A stretch of 64,000 nucleotides of DNA from Mobula hypostoma (Eukaryota): the NCBI RefSeq assembly GCF_963921235.1, contig NC_086100.1:84320001-84384000 (forward strand), given 5' to 3'. The translations under genes were made by a program, and so were the position numbers. The notes beneath the pieces were generated by a model. That model made no database searches. It was not told where the DNA came from and was given only the letters and a program-made list of their open reading frames with translations. This document shows, one piece after another, positions 51,060 to 63,064 of this stretch (positions within the stretch are counted from its first letter, which is position 1; each line of letters starts with the position of its first letter).

Positions 51060-51600
51060 CAACCCAAACCCCCTCTTCACTCCACAACCCAAACCCCCTA
51101 AATCCCACAACCCTCTTCCCCTACACTCCCAACTGCTCTTCCCCATGACCCTCCAAATCCCCTCTTCACCTATGACCCTCCAAACCCCCTCTTTCCCATG
51201 ACCCTCCAAACCCCTTCTTCCCCAAGACCTTCCAACCCCCCTCTTCCCCATGACCCTCCAACCCCCCCTTCCCCCATGACCCTCCAACCCCCCTCTTCCT
51301 CTATGCTCCCAAACTCTCTCTTCCTCTATGACCCTCCAACACCCCTCTTCCCCATGACCCTCCAACCCCCCTCTTCCCCATGACCCTCCAACCCCCCTCT
51401 TCCCCCATGACCCTCCAACCCCCCTCTTCCTCTATGCTCCCAAACCCTCTCTTCCCGTATGACCCTCCAACCCCCCCTTACCCTATGACTCGCCAACCCC
51501 CTTTTTCACCTATGACCCTCCAACGCCCCTCAAACCACCCTCTTCACCCAATGCCCCCAAACCCCCCCTTTCCCTTACGCTCCCCAACGCCCTTATTCCC
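51060..51600. repeat. C-rich minisatellite, ~28-bp unit (ATGACCCTCCAACCCCCCTCTTCCCC)
   Basis: Seen directly. Confidence 0.9.
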
Positions 51601-51619
51601 CAAACTCCAGTCCCGCCAC

Positions 51620-51709
51620 CCCCATCCCCATCCCCATCCCCATCCCCATCCCCATCCCCATCCCCATCCCCATCCCCATCCCCATCCCCATCCCCATCCC
51701 CATCCCCAT
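51620..51709. repeat. (CCCCAT)15 hexamer microsatellite
   Basis: 15 perfect copies. Confidence 0.95.
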
Positions 51710-52110
51710 CCCGATCCCGGCTTCACAGCACGCGCACGCGCACGCGCACACACACAAACGCGTCTCCGCCTTTATGAACATGGTCTCTCGGCCCTGCCCT
51801 CACCGGAAATCACTTGACGTACCGGAAGTGAACACCAACAAGCATGGCGTCTGTGTGCTGTGCGGCGGCTGTTTCCCGGCTCCTGAGGGCGGGGAGTGCC
51901 CGGGGCAGCAGGTATGAGGGCGACCTGGGAAGGCCAGGATTTCACTGGAGTGCGGGTGGCAGAGATCCAGTGTAACAGAAGCAGAATCGGGCGGCGTTGT
52001 ACAAGTTTCTGCGGCCGATATGCCGTCCCGGTGTCCCCATCGCACTCCTTCCCCGCTCACTCTCCATTTTCCGGAGCCCACACCTTCTCTCCCCGCACCC
52101 TTCCCAAACG
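51710..52110 (+). promoter_or_regulatory. CpG-rich PARL promoter/first exon with ETS (GABP), NRF1-like, CRE-half and YY1-like motifs
   Basis: CpG-dense island in a CpG-poor background. Motifs: GCGCACGCGC repeats (51728-51748), CCGGAAAT (51803), TGACGT (51815), ACCGGAAGTG (51821), and CATGGCG at the ATG. Confidence 0.75.
51844..51911 (+). CDS. PARL: PARL coding exon 1 (mitochondrial presequence MASVCCAAAVSRLLRAGSARGS)
   Basis: Kozak AGCATGG. Arg/Ala/Ser-rich peptide with no acidic residues. Donor CAG|GTATGA in phase 2, matching exon 2. Confidence 0.8.
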
Positions 52111-52531
52111 CATACCTTGCCCATATCCCCATCTCACCTTCCTCCAACCCGCTAAAGCCCGCACTCCTTACAACCCATATCTACCTGCCAACGCCACCTC
52201 CACCTGTCTGCTATACTTCCAGCACCTAGATCCCCACCCAGCCATTCAGTACCAACCTCCTCCATCTTCTACTTTCTAGGCTGCTTTTCTCCCCTCTTCC
52301 TCCTTTGCCCAGTGCCTCTTGTTCTGCTTTGCTTCACCCCCTTTCTATTCTGCATCTTTTTTTTTGTCCCCATCACTACATTTTGGAATGAAGAATCCAA
52401 GAAGTCACAATCTCAAAAGGGACGCAAGAACAGGGAGGTCTTTGGTGTTTCTGTTTAATTTGTTGTAATTGGTAGGAAAACAGCAGGGGAACCCTTTAAT
52501 TGTTCAAGTTTGTAATACCATTCATCTAGAT

Positions 52532-52609
52532 CAGGGGTTGCCAACCTGGAGCCCACGGACCTCTTTAATGGTAGGGGTCCATGGCATAAAAAAAGGTTGG
52601 GAACCCCAG
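52532..52609. mobile_element. 78-bp hAT/Charlie-type MITE
   Basis: TIRs CAGGGGTTGCCAACCT / AGGTTGGGAACCCCAG; 8-bp TSD ATCTAGAT on both sides. Confidence 0.85.
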
Positions 52610-52619
52610 ATCTAGATTG

Positions 52620-53700
52620 TGGCTGACCCACCTCATCCTCATTGTCCTCTCCCTTAGATTCCCCTAAAATCCAGAAATCTGTTGACCTCTTTTATTGATT
52701 GAACTTGATGCCTGAGACCCATGGACATCCAGAGTAGAGAATTTAAAATATTCACTTCCTCAATAGGAAGATCCTCCTTTCCGGTCCATGCTAAGTGCCC
52801 TGCTCTCGATTCTAAGAGTGTGATCCATGAGTCTAAATGATCTACTTATCTGTTCTGTGCACCAAAATAAGTGAATGACTTCATGCTTTTCCATATTATG
52901 CTGCCCCTGACATTTCTTCCATACTTAATGTGATTATACCACAATTAGTGTTTTTTCATCCTACCTTCCCAACTAACCAGAATTATCAGACAACTTATTT
53001 GGTACCCCGGTCAAGTCATTGACGTAGATTGTAAACAGTTGGGCTTGAGGACTGATCTGTGTTGTACTCCAAGAGTCCGTGCCCATGAATCCAAGAACAA
53101 TGATTTTTCACGCTCTGATTTTGTCAGATAACTAATTCATAATCCATGTAATACTATAAAATACTTACGATGACCCCATTTGTAGTATGGCTGGCTCACT
53201 GCACTAGCAACTTGGGTTCAATCCTGGACTCTGACGTTTAGTGTAGGATTGGGATTACCATGCTTGTCAGTCTGGGCTGAAGGGTCCATTTCTCTGTAGT
53301 TTGACTATTGACCCCCAGATCTGCATTCTTTAACTTTACTAACCAACATCACCCATGGGACTTTTGAACTCCAAATGGATCACATCGACTGGTTCTCCTT
53401 TGGATCTATTCTATGAGTCACATTCTTAAAGAAATAAATATTATTAAATATTATTTTTTGTTTCATAAGTCCATTCTGACTCTAATGGTGTTCTAAATGC
53501 CATCCCTTCCACTGAAGTTAGGCTAACACATAATTAGTTCCATGCATTGTCCCTCATCTCTTTTTAAATATTAGGGCTACATTTGCTATCTTTGAGGTCA
53601 TAAAAACAGATCCAGAATCTGGAATTTTGGTAGATCATAGCCAAAATGCTCACAACAGCCACATCCTTTAAACTGTTGAGATATTGATCATTAAGTTATT
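52620..53700 (-). mobile_element. Highly decayed CR1 remnant
   Basis: Patches such as CAAGTCATTGACGTAGATTGTAAACAGTTGGGCTTGAGGACTGATC are the reverse complement of the CR1 RT region (GVPQGS...INDL). Confidence 0.45.
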
Positions 53701-54456
53701 GGGCTTATCTGCTTTTAGACTCACTAACTTTTGCATTCTTTTCTAATGCATATTCCCTTGATTTTATGGCATTTTGGGCAAGTATTTTTATTTAATTAAT
53801 TCCTCTCTGCTTTCCTTATTCTCCTTTATAAAATCACTGTCTAGAAGAGATCCATGTTAGTTCTTTCCCTGTTTTATGTCTAACAGAGCTCTAGTATTTA
53901 ATAGCATGTATATCTTCCGTGTGAATCGCACATGGTCGACATTTCCTCTGGGCTTTTTGTGCCTAATGTTTTGCAGCAAATCATGTACATCATAACTTCC
54001 AATGCATTTTTCAAATCATCAAGATTCAATTCACTTCAAACCTTCAATTGAATTGCTCAAGCTCTGTAAAATTTAATCACTAAGAACATGCTTCCTAATG
54101 GCCCTTTTAGGGTGATTGTCAATTTCTCATTGCACAAAATGAGATTCAAAATAGCTTTTCCTCTTCAATATTGACTCAGAAATATACTTGTGTGACATGT
54201 TTCATGAATTCATTCCCCACCTTATTACCTCAATTTGACTTGTCCAATGTATGTAGTTTGATGTTTTCTGATTACTTTACTACATCGTGTTCCTTTCACC
54301 TGATTTATATCATATTCAATATAACAAACATTATTGGCAACATATTCATAACTCTTTAGTATTCTTTGCCATTCCCTTTGTAATTAAATCATACTCTTTA
54401 ACTTCTATTTGTGCCATTAAGAAAGCAGTTAGGGGGGAAAAAAACAAGATCTTGCC

Positions 54457-56611
54457 GAGGCACAGCGACAACTCGCGGATACCTCCTCTTATTTACCTCT
54501 CGATCGTGACCCCACTAAGGAGCACCAGGCCATTGTCTCCCACACCATCACTGACTTTATCCGCTCAGGGGATCTCCCATCCACTGCTACCAACCTTATA
54601 GTTCCCACACCCCGCACTTCCCGTTTCTACCTCCTACCCAAGATCCACAAGCCTGCCTGTCCTGGCAGACCTATTGTCTCAGCTTGCTCCTGCCCCACCG
54701 AACTCGTTTCTGCATACCTTGACACGGTTTTCTCCCCCCTTGTTCAATCCCTTCCTACCTATGTTCGTGACACTTCTCACGCTCTTAAACTTTTCGATGA
54801 TTTTAAGTTCCCTGGCCCCCACCGCTTTATTTTCACCATGAATGTCCAGTCCCTATATACTTCCATCCCCCATCAGGAAGGTCTCAAAGCTCTCCACTTC
54901 TTTTTGGATTCCAGACCTAATCAGTTCCCCTCTACCACCACTCTGCTCCGTCTAGCGGAATTAGTCCTTACTCTTAATAATTTCTCCTTTGGCTCCTCCC
55001 ACTTCCTCCAAACTAAAGGTGTAGCTATGGGCACCTGTGTGGGTCCTAGCTATGCCTGCCTTTTTGTTGGGTTTGTGGAACAATCTATGTTCCGTGCCTA
55101 TTCTGGTATCTGTCCCCCACTTTTCCTTCGCTACATCGACGACTGCATTGGCGCTGCTTCCTGCACGCATGCTGAGCTCGTTGACTTCATTAACTTTGCC
55201 TCCAACTTTCACCCTGCCCTCAAGTTTACCTGGTCCATTTCCGACACCTCCCTCCCCTTTCTAGATCTTTCTGTCTCTATTTCTGGAGACAGCTTATCCA
55301 CTGATGTCTACTATAAGCCTAGTGACTCTCACAGCTATCTGGTCGATTCCTCTTCTCACCCTGTCTCTTCCAAAAATGCCATCCCCTTCTCGCAATTCCT
55401 CCGTCTCCGCCGCATCTGCTCTCAGGATGAGGCTTTTCATTCCAGGACGAGAGAGGTGTCCTTTTTTAAAGAAAGGGGCTTTCCTTCCTCCACCATCAAC
55501 TCTGCTCTCAAACGCATCTCCCCCATTTCACGTACATCTGCTCTCACTCCATCCTCCCGCCACCCCACTAGGAATAGGGTTCCCCTGGTCCTCACTTACC
55601 ACCCCACCAGCTTCCGGGTCCAACATATTCTCCGTAACTTCCGCCACCTCCAACGGGATCCCACCACCAAGCACATCTTTCCCTCCCCCCCCTCTGCTTT
55701 CCGCAGGGATCGCTCCCTATGCGACTCCCTTGTCCATTTGTCCCCCCCCCCATCTCCCTCCTGGCACTTATCCTTGTAAGAGGAACAAGTGCTACACATG
55801 CCCTTACACTTCCTCCCTTACCACCGTTCGGGGCCCCAGATAGTCCTTCCAGGTGAGGCGACACTTCACCTGTGAGTCGGCTGGGGTGATATACTGCGTT
55901 CAGTGCTCCCGATGTGGCCTTCTATACATTGGCGAGACCCGACGCAGACTGGGAGACCGCTTTGCTGAACACCTACGCTCTGTCCGCCAGAGAAAGCAGG
56001 ATCTCCCAGTGGCCACACATTTTAATTCCACATCCCATTCCCATTCTGACATGTCTGTCCACGGCCTCCTCCACTGTAAAGATGAAGCCACACTCAGGTT
56101 GGAGGAACAACACCTTATATTCCGTCTGGGTAGCCTCCAACCTGATGGCATGAACATTGACTTCTCTCACTTCCGCTAATGCCCCACCTCCCCCTCGTAC
56201 CCCATCTGTTTTTTTTTTATATACATACATTCTTTCTCTCACTCTCCTTTTTCTCCCTCTGTCCCTCTGACTATACCCCTTGCCCATCCTCTAGGTTCCC
56301 CCCCTCCCCCCCCCATCTTACTCCCTGGGCCTCCTGTCCCATGATCCTCTCGTATCCCTTTTGCCTATCACCTGTCCAGCTCTTGGCTCCATCCCTCCCC
56401 CCCTGTCTTCTCCTATCATTTTGGATCTTCCTCTCCCCCTCCCACTTTCATATCTCTTACTAACTCTTCCTTCAGTTACTCTTGACGAAGGGTCTCGGCC
56501 TGAAACGTCGACTGTACCTCTTCCTAGAGATGCTGCCTGGCCTGCTGCGTTCACCAGCTACTTTGGTGTGTGTTGCTTGAATTTCCAGCATCTGCAGAAT
56601 TCCTGTTGTTT
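54457..56611 (+). mobile_element. 5'-truncated Penelope-like element (RT + GIY-YIG + terminal repeat) in PARL intron 1
   Basis: RT: FYLLPKIHK, GRPIVS, GVAMG, RYIDD. Then a Cys linker and VIYCVQCSRCGLLYIGET. 11-bp TSD AAGATCTTGCC at 54446-54456 and 56612-56622. Frameshift near 55750; TAG at 55841. Confidence 0.93.
56476..56516 (+). ncRNA. Minimal type-I hammerhead ribozyme motif (mutated) in the Penelope terminal repeat
   Basis: TTGACGA-AGGGTCTCGGCCT-GAAAC-GTC-GACTG; the first C of the CUGANGA core is replaced by U. Confidence 0.55.
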
Positions 56612-56724
56612 AAGATCTTGCCCTGTAGAGTACAACAGCAGGGAAGTCACTACAAGCTTTATGAAACAGTGGTTTGATAACAACTAGAATACTGTGTCTG
56701 GGAACTGTTCATTAGGAAAGATAG

Positions 56725-58560
56725 GCTCATACACAACAGAAAGAGGCTCTTTTAACGCAGCATGTCCATGCTACTTGCTGTACCTACTTTAAATTTTATT
56801 TACCCATTTTAGACTGTAGTCTTCTATGCTTTGTTGAGTTAGGTTCTTGTCTAGATGCTTTTTCATGTCGTGAAAGTATCTGCAATATACCTCTTCAAGC
56901 TATGCTGTTTCTGCTCAACTCTCTGAGCTATCACTTTAAACCTCTTGCCTCACCCTCCCACCATGGAATCCATCTACCCTATCGCTCCCATTCATACTTT
57001 AAATAACTCTTTCAAGTCACCAGTCTCCTCTCCTCAAGGGGAAACAAACCCATTCATCTCAATCTCTCCTTATAACTGTAATGCTCCAATTCATGCAATA
57101 TCCTGTTGAATTTGCTCCACCACAGTCATATCTTTCCTGTTGTATGGTGACTAGAACTGTACATAATATTTCATATGTGGCCTAACCACATTTTATGGGT
57201 CTGAAACATGACATTCTAGCTCTTATATTCCATGTCATGAGTACCAATATGCCTTCTTCACTACCTTATTCATCTGCATTGTAAATTCCAATGATCTTTG
57301 GGTGTATCCCAAAGTCTCTCTGCTCGTCAACACTTCATAGGGTTTGTCACTTGTCTCAGCTTACCATAGAGGACCTTGTTAAAGGTCCATTTAGTAATGT
57401 ATACAACATCTACTACACTTACTCATTAATATGCTTAGTTGCCTTCTCAAAGAATTCTATCAAATTTGAGTGACCGTATTTCCCATGAACAAGGCTATCC
57501 TTAATCAACCCCAGTCTTTCCTGGTAAAGATAAATTCAGTACATTGGAATTTTTTTCAATAATTTCTGTGCTACTGAAAAGTCTAGCATGTAGTTTCCAG
57601 ATATCCTTGCTTCCCTTTTTGATTAAAAGAACAATATTTGCTAATCTCCAGTCATACAGTACTTTGCAGCTAATGAAAATGCCGAAGTACCTGTTAAGGT
57701 CCCAGTAGCCTCCTTTACCTCCCTCAGCAGCCTGGGCTACATTTCATCAGGCTCTGGGGACTTGCCCACCTTCATGTGTCCCAACACATCTAGCACTTCA
57801 TCCTTCCTAATGCTGACATGCTGCTGAACATCACTATTGTTTTTTCTAAACTCTCATTGTACCATGACTTTCTGGCTGAATGCAGAGAGAAGTATTTATC
57901 TGGGACATCCCCTTATCCTTTGGCTTCACACTCAGATTTCCCCTATAATCCCAAAGGGGCCTGGTCTTTTTCAGATTACTCTTAAGAATACCTTGGAATT
58001 CACTTAATCCTGTCTTTTCATGACCTCTTTTTGCCTGCTAATTTACTTTCTAACACCCTCTATCTTCATAATTATGCCATTTGCCATTGCTTATACCACA
58101 ATTTCAGGCCAAGACCCTTCATTAGTAATGGAAAGGTCCTTTCCATCCCTGAACCCAACCTGACTTGCAGAGTTCGTTAAGCATCTTGTGTATGTTGCCT
58201 ATCTATTAGATGCTGTTTTACTCAGAATCAGCTGCTCCTAATTTATCAGGTCCTGCTTAAGTTATTGAAATCACTTTCCCCCAATGAAAGCCTCTAATTT
58301 GCAGACCATACTTCTCACTCACCATAACAGCCTGAAACTTACAGAATTACAAATTCTGTTCCTGAAATACTCATCACTGACTCTTACGCTACTTGCCAGG
58401 CTGTTGGCCTATCTTCCTCCCTCTGTTAGGGGGTTCTGGCAGGGGCACTATAATATAACCCCACTAAAGAGATAGCCACTTCATTATTTATGTCTCTTTG
58501 GCAGAGCCTTCCAAGTCCTCCTTCCTGTCTACTACAGTGATGTTTTCTGTAAGCGATCGT
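56725..58560 (-). mobile_element. Old, internally deleted CR1, with a Penelope terminal remnant at ~58095-58200
   Basis: Patchy reverse-complement similarity to 47100-49870 and 38200-38840. Confidence 0.55.
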
Positions 58561-58749
58561 ATGATGCATCACAGGCTCCTTGTATTAAAATCGGTGCGCT
58601 TATGTTTTATCACACACCCATCTGCTCTTGGGAAAATAATTCCAATGTATTTGGGCTGGAGATTCTGGTGATTTCTCTGTGCCAATGGAAAACAATTGCA
58701 AGGAAGTCTAACGGGTAGTTAAGGTCATGTAGCTGGAGCAAAACTTTGC

Positions 58750-58935
58750 ATTGCAGGGGATCAAGAACTAGAGGATGTAGAATGAAGGTGACTGGCAAAA
58801 GCACCAAACCCAACATGAGGAAAAGTTTTTTACAGCGAGTGTTCAGGGTCTGCAATTCACTGCCAGCGATTGTTGTGGAGGCAGATTCAGTTAGGCATTC
58901 AGAGGGGAGTTGGATAAGTATCCGAGAGGGAATTA
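58750..58935 (+). mobile_element. CR1 3' fragment
   Basis: Encodes SRTRG...KSFLQRVFRVCNSLPAIVVEADS. Confidence 0.65.
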
Positions 58936-59626
58936 TTTACAATGGAGTTAGTTCTATCGTATTGTTACTAGAACCCTTAAACACCTTTCAATGCTGTAAA
59001 TATTATAATTTATTCAGAGATCCCTTTAACCAATTTAACTCTTCGCCAGTTTACAAGTCTGTAAGTTTATACACTTCAGTTAAATCTATGGTCATTGTCT
59101 GTCTCTGTGCATTTGGGCGGCTGATGAACTGATTACTCGGGCTCTGATTTCGGGTCCACTAACAAAGTGCTTCTTTGCATCCAGTTCCTCGTCCACAACT
59201 GCTGTTGACTTGAGCCATTGCTGTTTATCTTTTCACTGTCTGGCCTCTCTGAGCAGAGCTGAAGATTTATTTTCCATCCATATTCACTGCCATCCAGTTG
59301 ATATAATAATTTATTTTCATTAGTGTGTCAAAGATTTGTAATTTATTTGTGCAGTATAATAGTCGTGAGTATTTACATGATCTGGAGGCTCGCTGGTTTT
59401 AAATGGTTTAAAATGGTTTCGATTAGTAAATGTTGTCATGTTCAGTTACTAATTTCAGTAAGTAACTGAGATTAGCCTGGCCGTTTGTACGCTGTAGGTC
59501 AATTTAATCTGGCAGCATTTCCCTCATTGCAGCACTTGGTGCCACCAGTAATGCAGCCCTGACGCAATGTGTGGTGAGCTTTATCAAGTGCTGCGTTTCT
59601 CAACAGTTCTGATCTTTATCTTCCAG

Positions 59627-59846
59627 GTTAATTTTTTATACTGTATCTAGACGTGGGTTTAGAAAAGCACCAAAGAAAAATGAACCTCGGAAAGTGGAAC
59701 CAGAGAAAACGGCTCAGAAAGATTTATCTTCGAATGTGAACCAGAAGAGCAAAAGCAGCCTGACCCCAATGCTGGAAGAGCCGTTCCCATCTAAATCAGC
59801 ATTGTCATTCAGGCGACTCATCAAACCCTTCGTGTTTACTGTAGGG
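59627..59846 (+). CDS. PARL: PARL coding exon 2
   Basis: Acceptor TCTTTATCTTCCAG| and donor GGG|GTAAGT. Encodes (R)LIFYTVSRRGFRKAPKKNEPRKVEP...LTPMLEEPFPSKSALSFRRLIKPFVFTVG, matching recalled human PARL GFRKAPRKVEP...LIPPVEE...IRSLIKPLFFTVG. Exon 3 not found in the window. Confidence 0.9.
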
Positions 59847-60104
59847 GTAAGTTGACATTGCTTGAAGATAAATTCGTACCACTTCTGAAATAGTTGAGAT
59901 ATGCTGAGATATTCTTTCATGGGTACTGGCTACCTCTTGGTTTTGTTCGAGTTCCTCTGGAGTTAACATCAACAGGCCATAAATTGTCTGTAGATTCTGT
60001 CTTTCCCACTGTACTTGTGTAGACTCACTCTACAGAAGTCACGATAAGGAATGCTGATTGGTTTAAGTTTTAGACATGGAGGTTAACTGTTCCACACAAT
60101 CAGG

Positions 60105-60760
60105 AAAGCTCACCAACGTCTGTACTTTCTGAGGAGAGCTGGACTATGCATACCTATACTCACGACCTTCTGCAGATGTGCATTAGAGAGCATTCTAACA
60201 AGCTACATCACTGTATGGTACAGAAGCTGCTCTGCAGCGGACAGGAAGGCTCTAAAATGGGTAGTCAAAACTGCCCAGTTCACCAGCAGCACCAGCCTAC
60301 TCACCATCAAGGACATACTGTGTGTGTACAGAAAGGTGCTGGAAAGGGCCCAGTTTCACCATGGAGGATCCCACCCTTCATGGACTGTTTCTCCCACTCC
60401 CATCAGGGAGGAGGCTATATAGCATCTGCAGCAGTTCCACCAGACTAAGAAACAGTTACTTTCCTCAGGCAGTAAAGGCTGATCAACATCTCTAGCCACA
60501 TCCCCACCACCACTGCTTTTATCATTTCTTGTCAGCCGCCTTATGTATAAATACTTCTGTGCCTAGCATCACTTTATGGACATACAATCAATTTATGTAT
60601 CAAACCTATCTTGTGCATTTATATATATCTTGTTATTGTGTTCTTTATCTTACTGTGTTTTTTTGTGTGTGCTGCATTGTATCCAGAGTAACAATTAGTT
60701 TTTTTTTTCTCCTTTACACTTGTGTACTGGAAATGACATTAAACAATCATGAATCTTCAG
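60105..60760 (+). mobile_element. Rex1-type LINE 3' fragment
   Basis: Degenerate ESILTSYITVWY and PSGRRL motifs; tail GGAAATGACATTAAACAATC. Confidence 0.65.
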
Positions 60761-61696
60761 GATTGTTGATCAGGCAATGAACACAGTGAACTGGCTTTAA
60801 AATTTTGTTTGCCACATTAGCACTATGTCTTTGATTTCAATTTCTCATTGTCTTTTATTTTCTGTTCCACAATTCTGTTGCCTCTTTATCATTTGTAATC
60901 TGGTATGGTGCATTCCATGGTCTCATTATTTTTAGCTGCAAGTTTATTCTCATACAGTGTCATGTTATTTATGTATTTCATTACAGAAGGAGATAATCTA
61001 TCTTTTCAGATCTATGCTAACTCCCAACAGAACAGAGTCCCAGTCGCTTCCACTGTTCACCCTGTTATATCCTCATAGCTCTATCATATAGCCATCAATT
61101 CCTCTGTGGTTCTTTTATATTTTACCTACATTAAGGGATAATTCACAATAGTTAATTAACCTATCACAATGTCTGGGAAGGATGAGGATACTAGAACACT
61201 CAGAGGGAACCCAGTGCAAACTCCACATAGATTTCACTTTAACTCTTTTTCATCTATATTACTCTTTTTTTAAATAGTAGTGTAATGTTTTCTACCCTGC
61301 AATCTGCAGGGACCATTTAGGATCTGTGGAATTTTGAAAGATGATCAAATCATCTATCATCAGTCACTTCTTCCAAAATTCTGCAATGTAGATCCAGTCC
61401 TTAGGATTTATCATTTTATGGACAGTATTTCTATTATTTCCCTGGACGTACCTTCTCTATTTTGCATAGCCATTAGCCAGAAGAGTCCCAGGAATCAGTG
61501 GGGAGTCAGTCTTTGTATATTCATGGCCTTTTCTTCTGTCTTCTTGGTAATCTCTTCTCATTTAAAGGTTCAGAATACAGTGCTTATTTTGGAAGTCATT
61601 GTGAATGAGATGACTTGCCTAATATATCCAATTGTGTAACTGCAAAGTTGTGAGAAAAAGACTGGACAAAAGTACTGGGGCAATTACACATCCTAA

Positions 61697-62366
61697 GGAG
61701 GAGGAGAAGATGGCGGCACGACAGCAGTGCGCACGGCCACTTTGGTGGTGACGTCCGTTATCCGTCAAGTAGGGGACCGTGCACAATTCTGATTTGTTGG
61801 AGACAGACATGAGAGTACAGAGGAACATCTGGAAAAGTTCTGAAATGCCTGCTTCACTGCCACTGCTACTGTGTGGTAACCGGAATCTCCGGAGCAGAAG
61901 GCCCCAAAATCCTCGGCTTTGCGTGTTTCAGCGGCCTGGGCGAGGTCGAAGGCGCTCGGCAGAGGATGGCGCTCGGGAGGCTGTATCGGAGAGGCTGGTC
62001 GGAAGCTCGAAGTTTTTGGACGGATGTACTCAGTGTCAGCTGTGGTCGGCTGCTTCCAAGGCATCAGCAAGTTGACAGTGCCTGGAGGTTTATGGCAGGG
62101 AGTTTCTCCCTTTTGCCGCCTGCTATCGGGGACTCGGGGACTTTTGAGACTTTATTTACCGTGCCCATGGTTTGTTCTTCATCAAATTATGGTATTGCTT
62201 TGTATTGCTGTAACTATATGTTATAATTATGTGGTTCTGTCAGTGTTAGTCTTTGGTTTGTCCTGTTTTCTGTGATATCACTCCGGAGAAACATTGTATC
62301 ATTTCTTAATGCATGTGTGCATTTCTAAATGACAATAAAAGAGGACTGAGTGTTCTCATAATCTAA
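61697..62366 (+). mobile_element. ~670-bp non-autonomous retroposon, copy B
   Basis: Collinear with 21535-22191; perfect AAGATGGCGGC in the head. Confidence 0.8.
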
Positions 62367-63064
62367 TTTGATATTGGTTTGTACTGAGGCAGACTGTTAT
62401 AGATGCCTTAGTATAGTGGTTTGCATGCCATCATGGTGATGTGTTTCTATTGGCATCCAAACATGAAGACTTTTGGTTGGGTTGAGTTGTTCTCCGATCT
62501 TGCTAATCCATTTGCAAATGTTTCATTGCCATATGAGGAGACATCACAATTGAACAGCACACTGAAGATGTCTCTTCATATGGCAACAAAAAATTTGCAA
62601 ATGGATTGCCAAGATCAGAGATCAATTCAACCCAACCATCAACCACCCAAGCTACACATTTTCTTAGTTGTTTCCATGAAGACTTTTTTCAGCCTCTTGA
62701 ATCTACGTGGCCTCTTGGTTGAGCAATTTAGTCATCTCGTTTGCTAGCTATTTCTCATGTGTCTGTTGACCTTCCGTTTGGAAACATTGGTCAATTCTGT
62801 TCAAATAGCCCTACAGTTAATGAGTTCTGAATTGTAGCTACTCTCTTTTAAATAAGTTTTTTCTCCTTTTAGACCTCTTGCATTTTTGTTCAAAATTTTG
62901 GATTTGTTTTTGCTGGTCATTGAATTGCTGTCAGTGCAGACCTTGCTGATCTTTGACGTATATAAAGGCCGGCAGCACTGTTGATTGATAGATTAACCTT
63001 TGATTAACCTTTGATTAATCACTGTTGATTAACCTTTTTTTGGTTAAAAGGCAGAAAGCAAAGC

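Noticed and set aside
51012-51817. ORFs with (HP)n, (GW)n and (GM)n runs
   Set aside because: Translations of the minisatellite and (CCCCAT)n.
54838-56179. Active or domesticated RT/GIY-YIG gene
   Set aside because: 5'-truncated, the motif-A Asp appears as Asn (MNVQSLY), and there is a frameshift near 55750 and an in-frame TAG at 55841.
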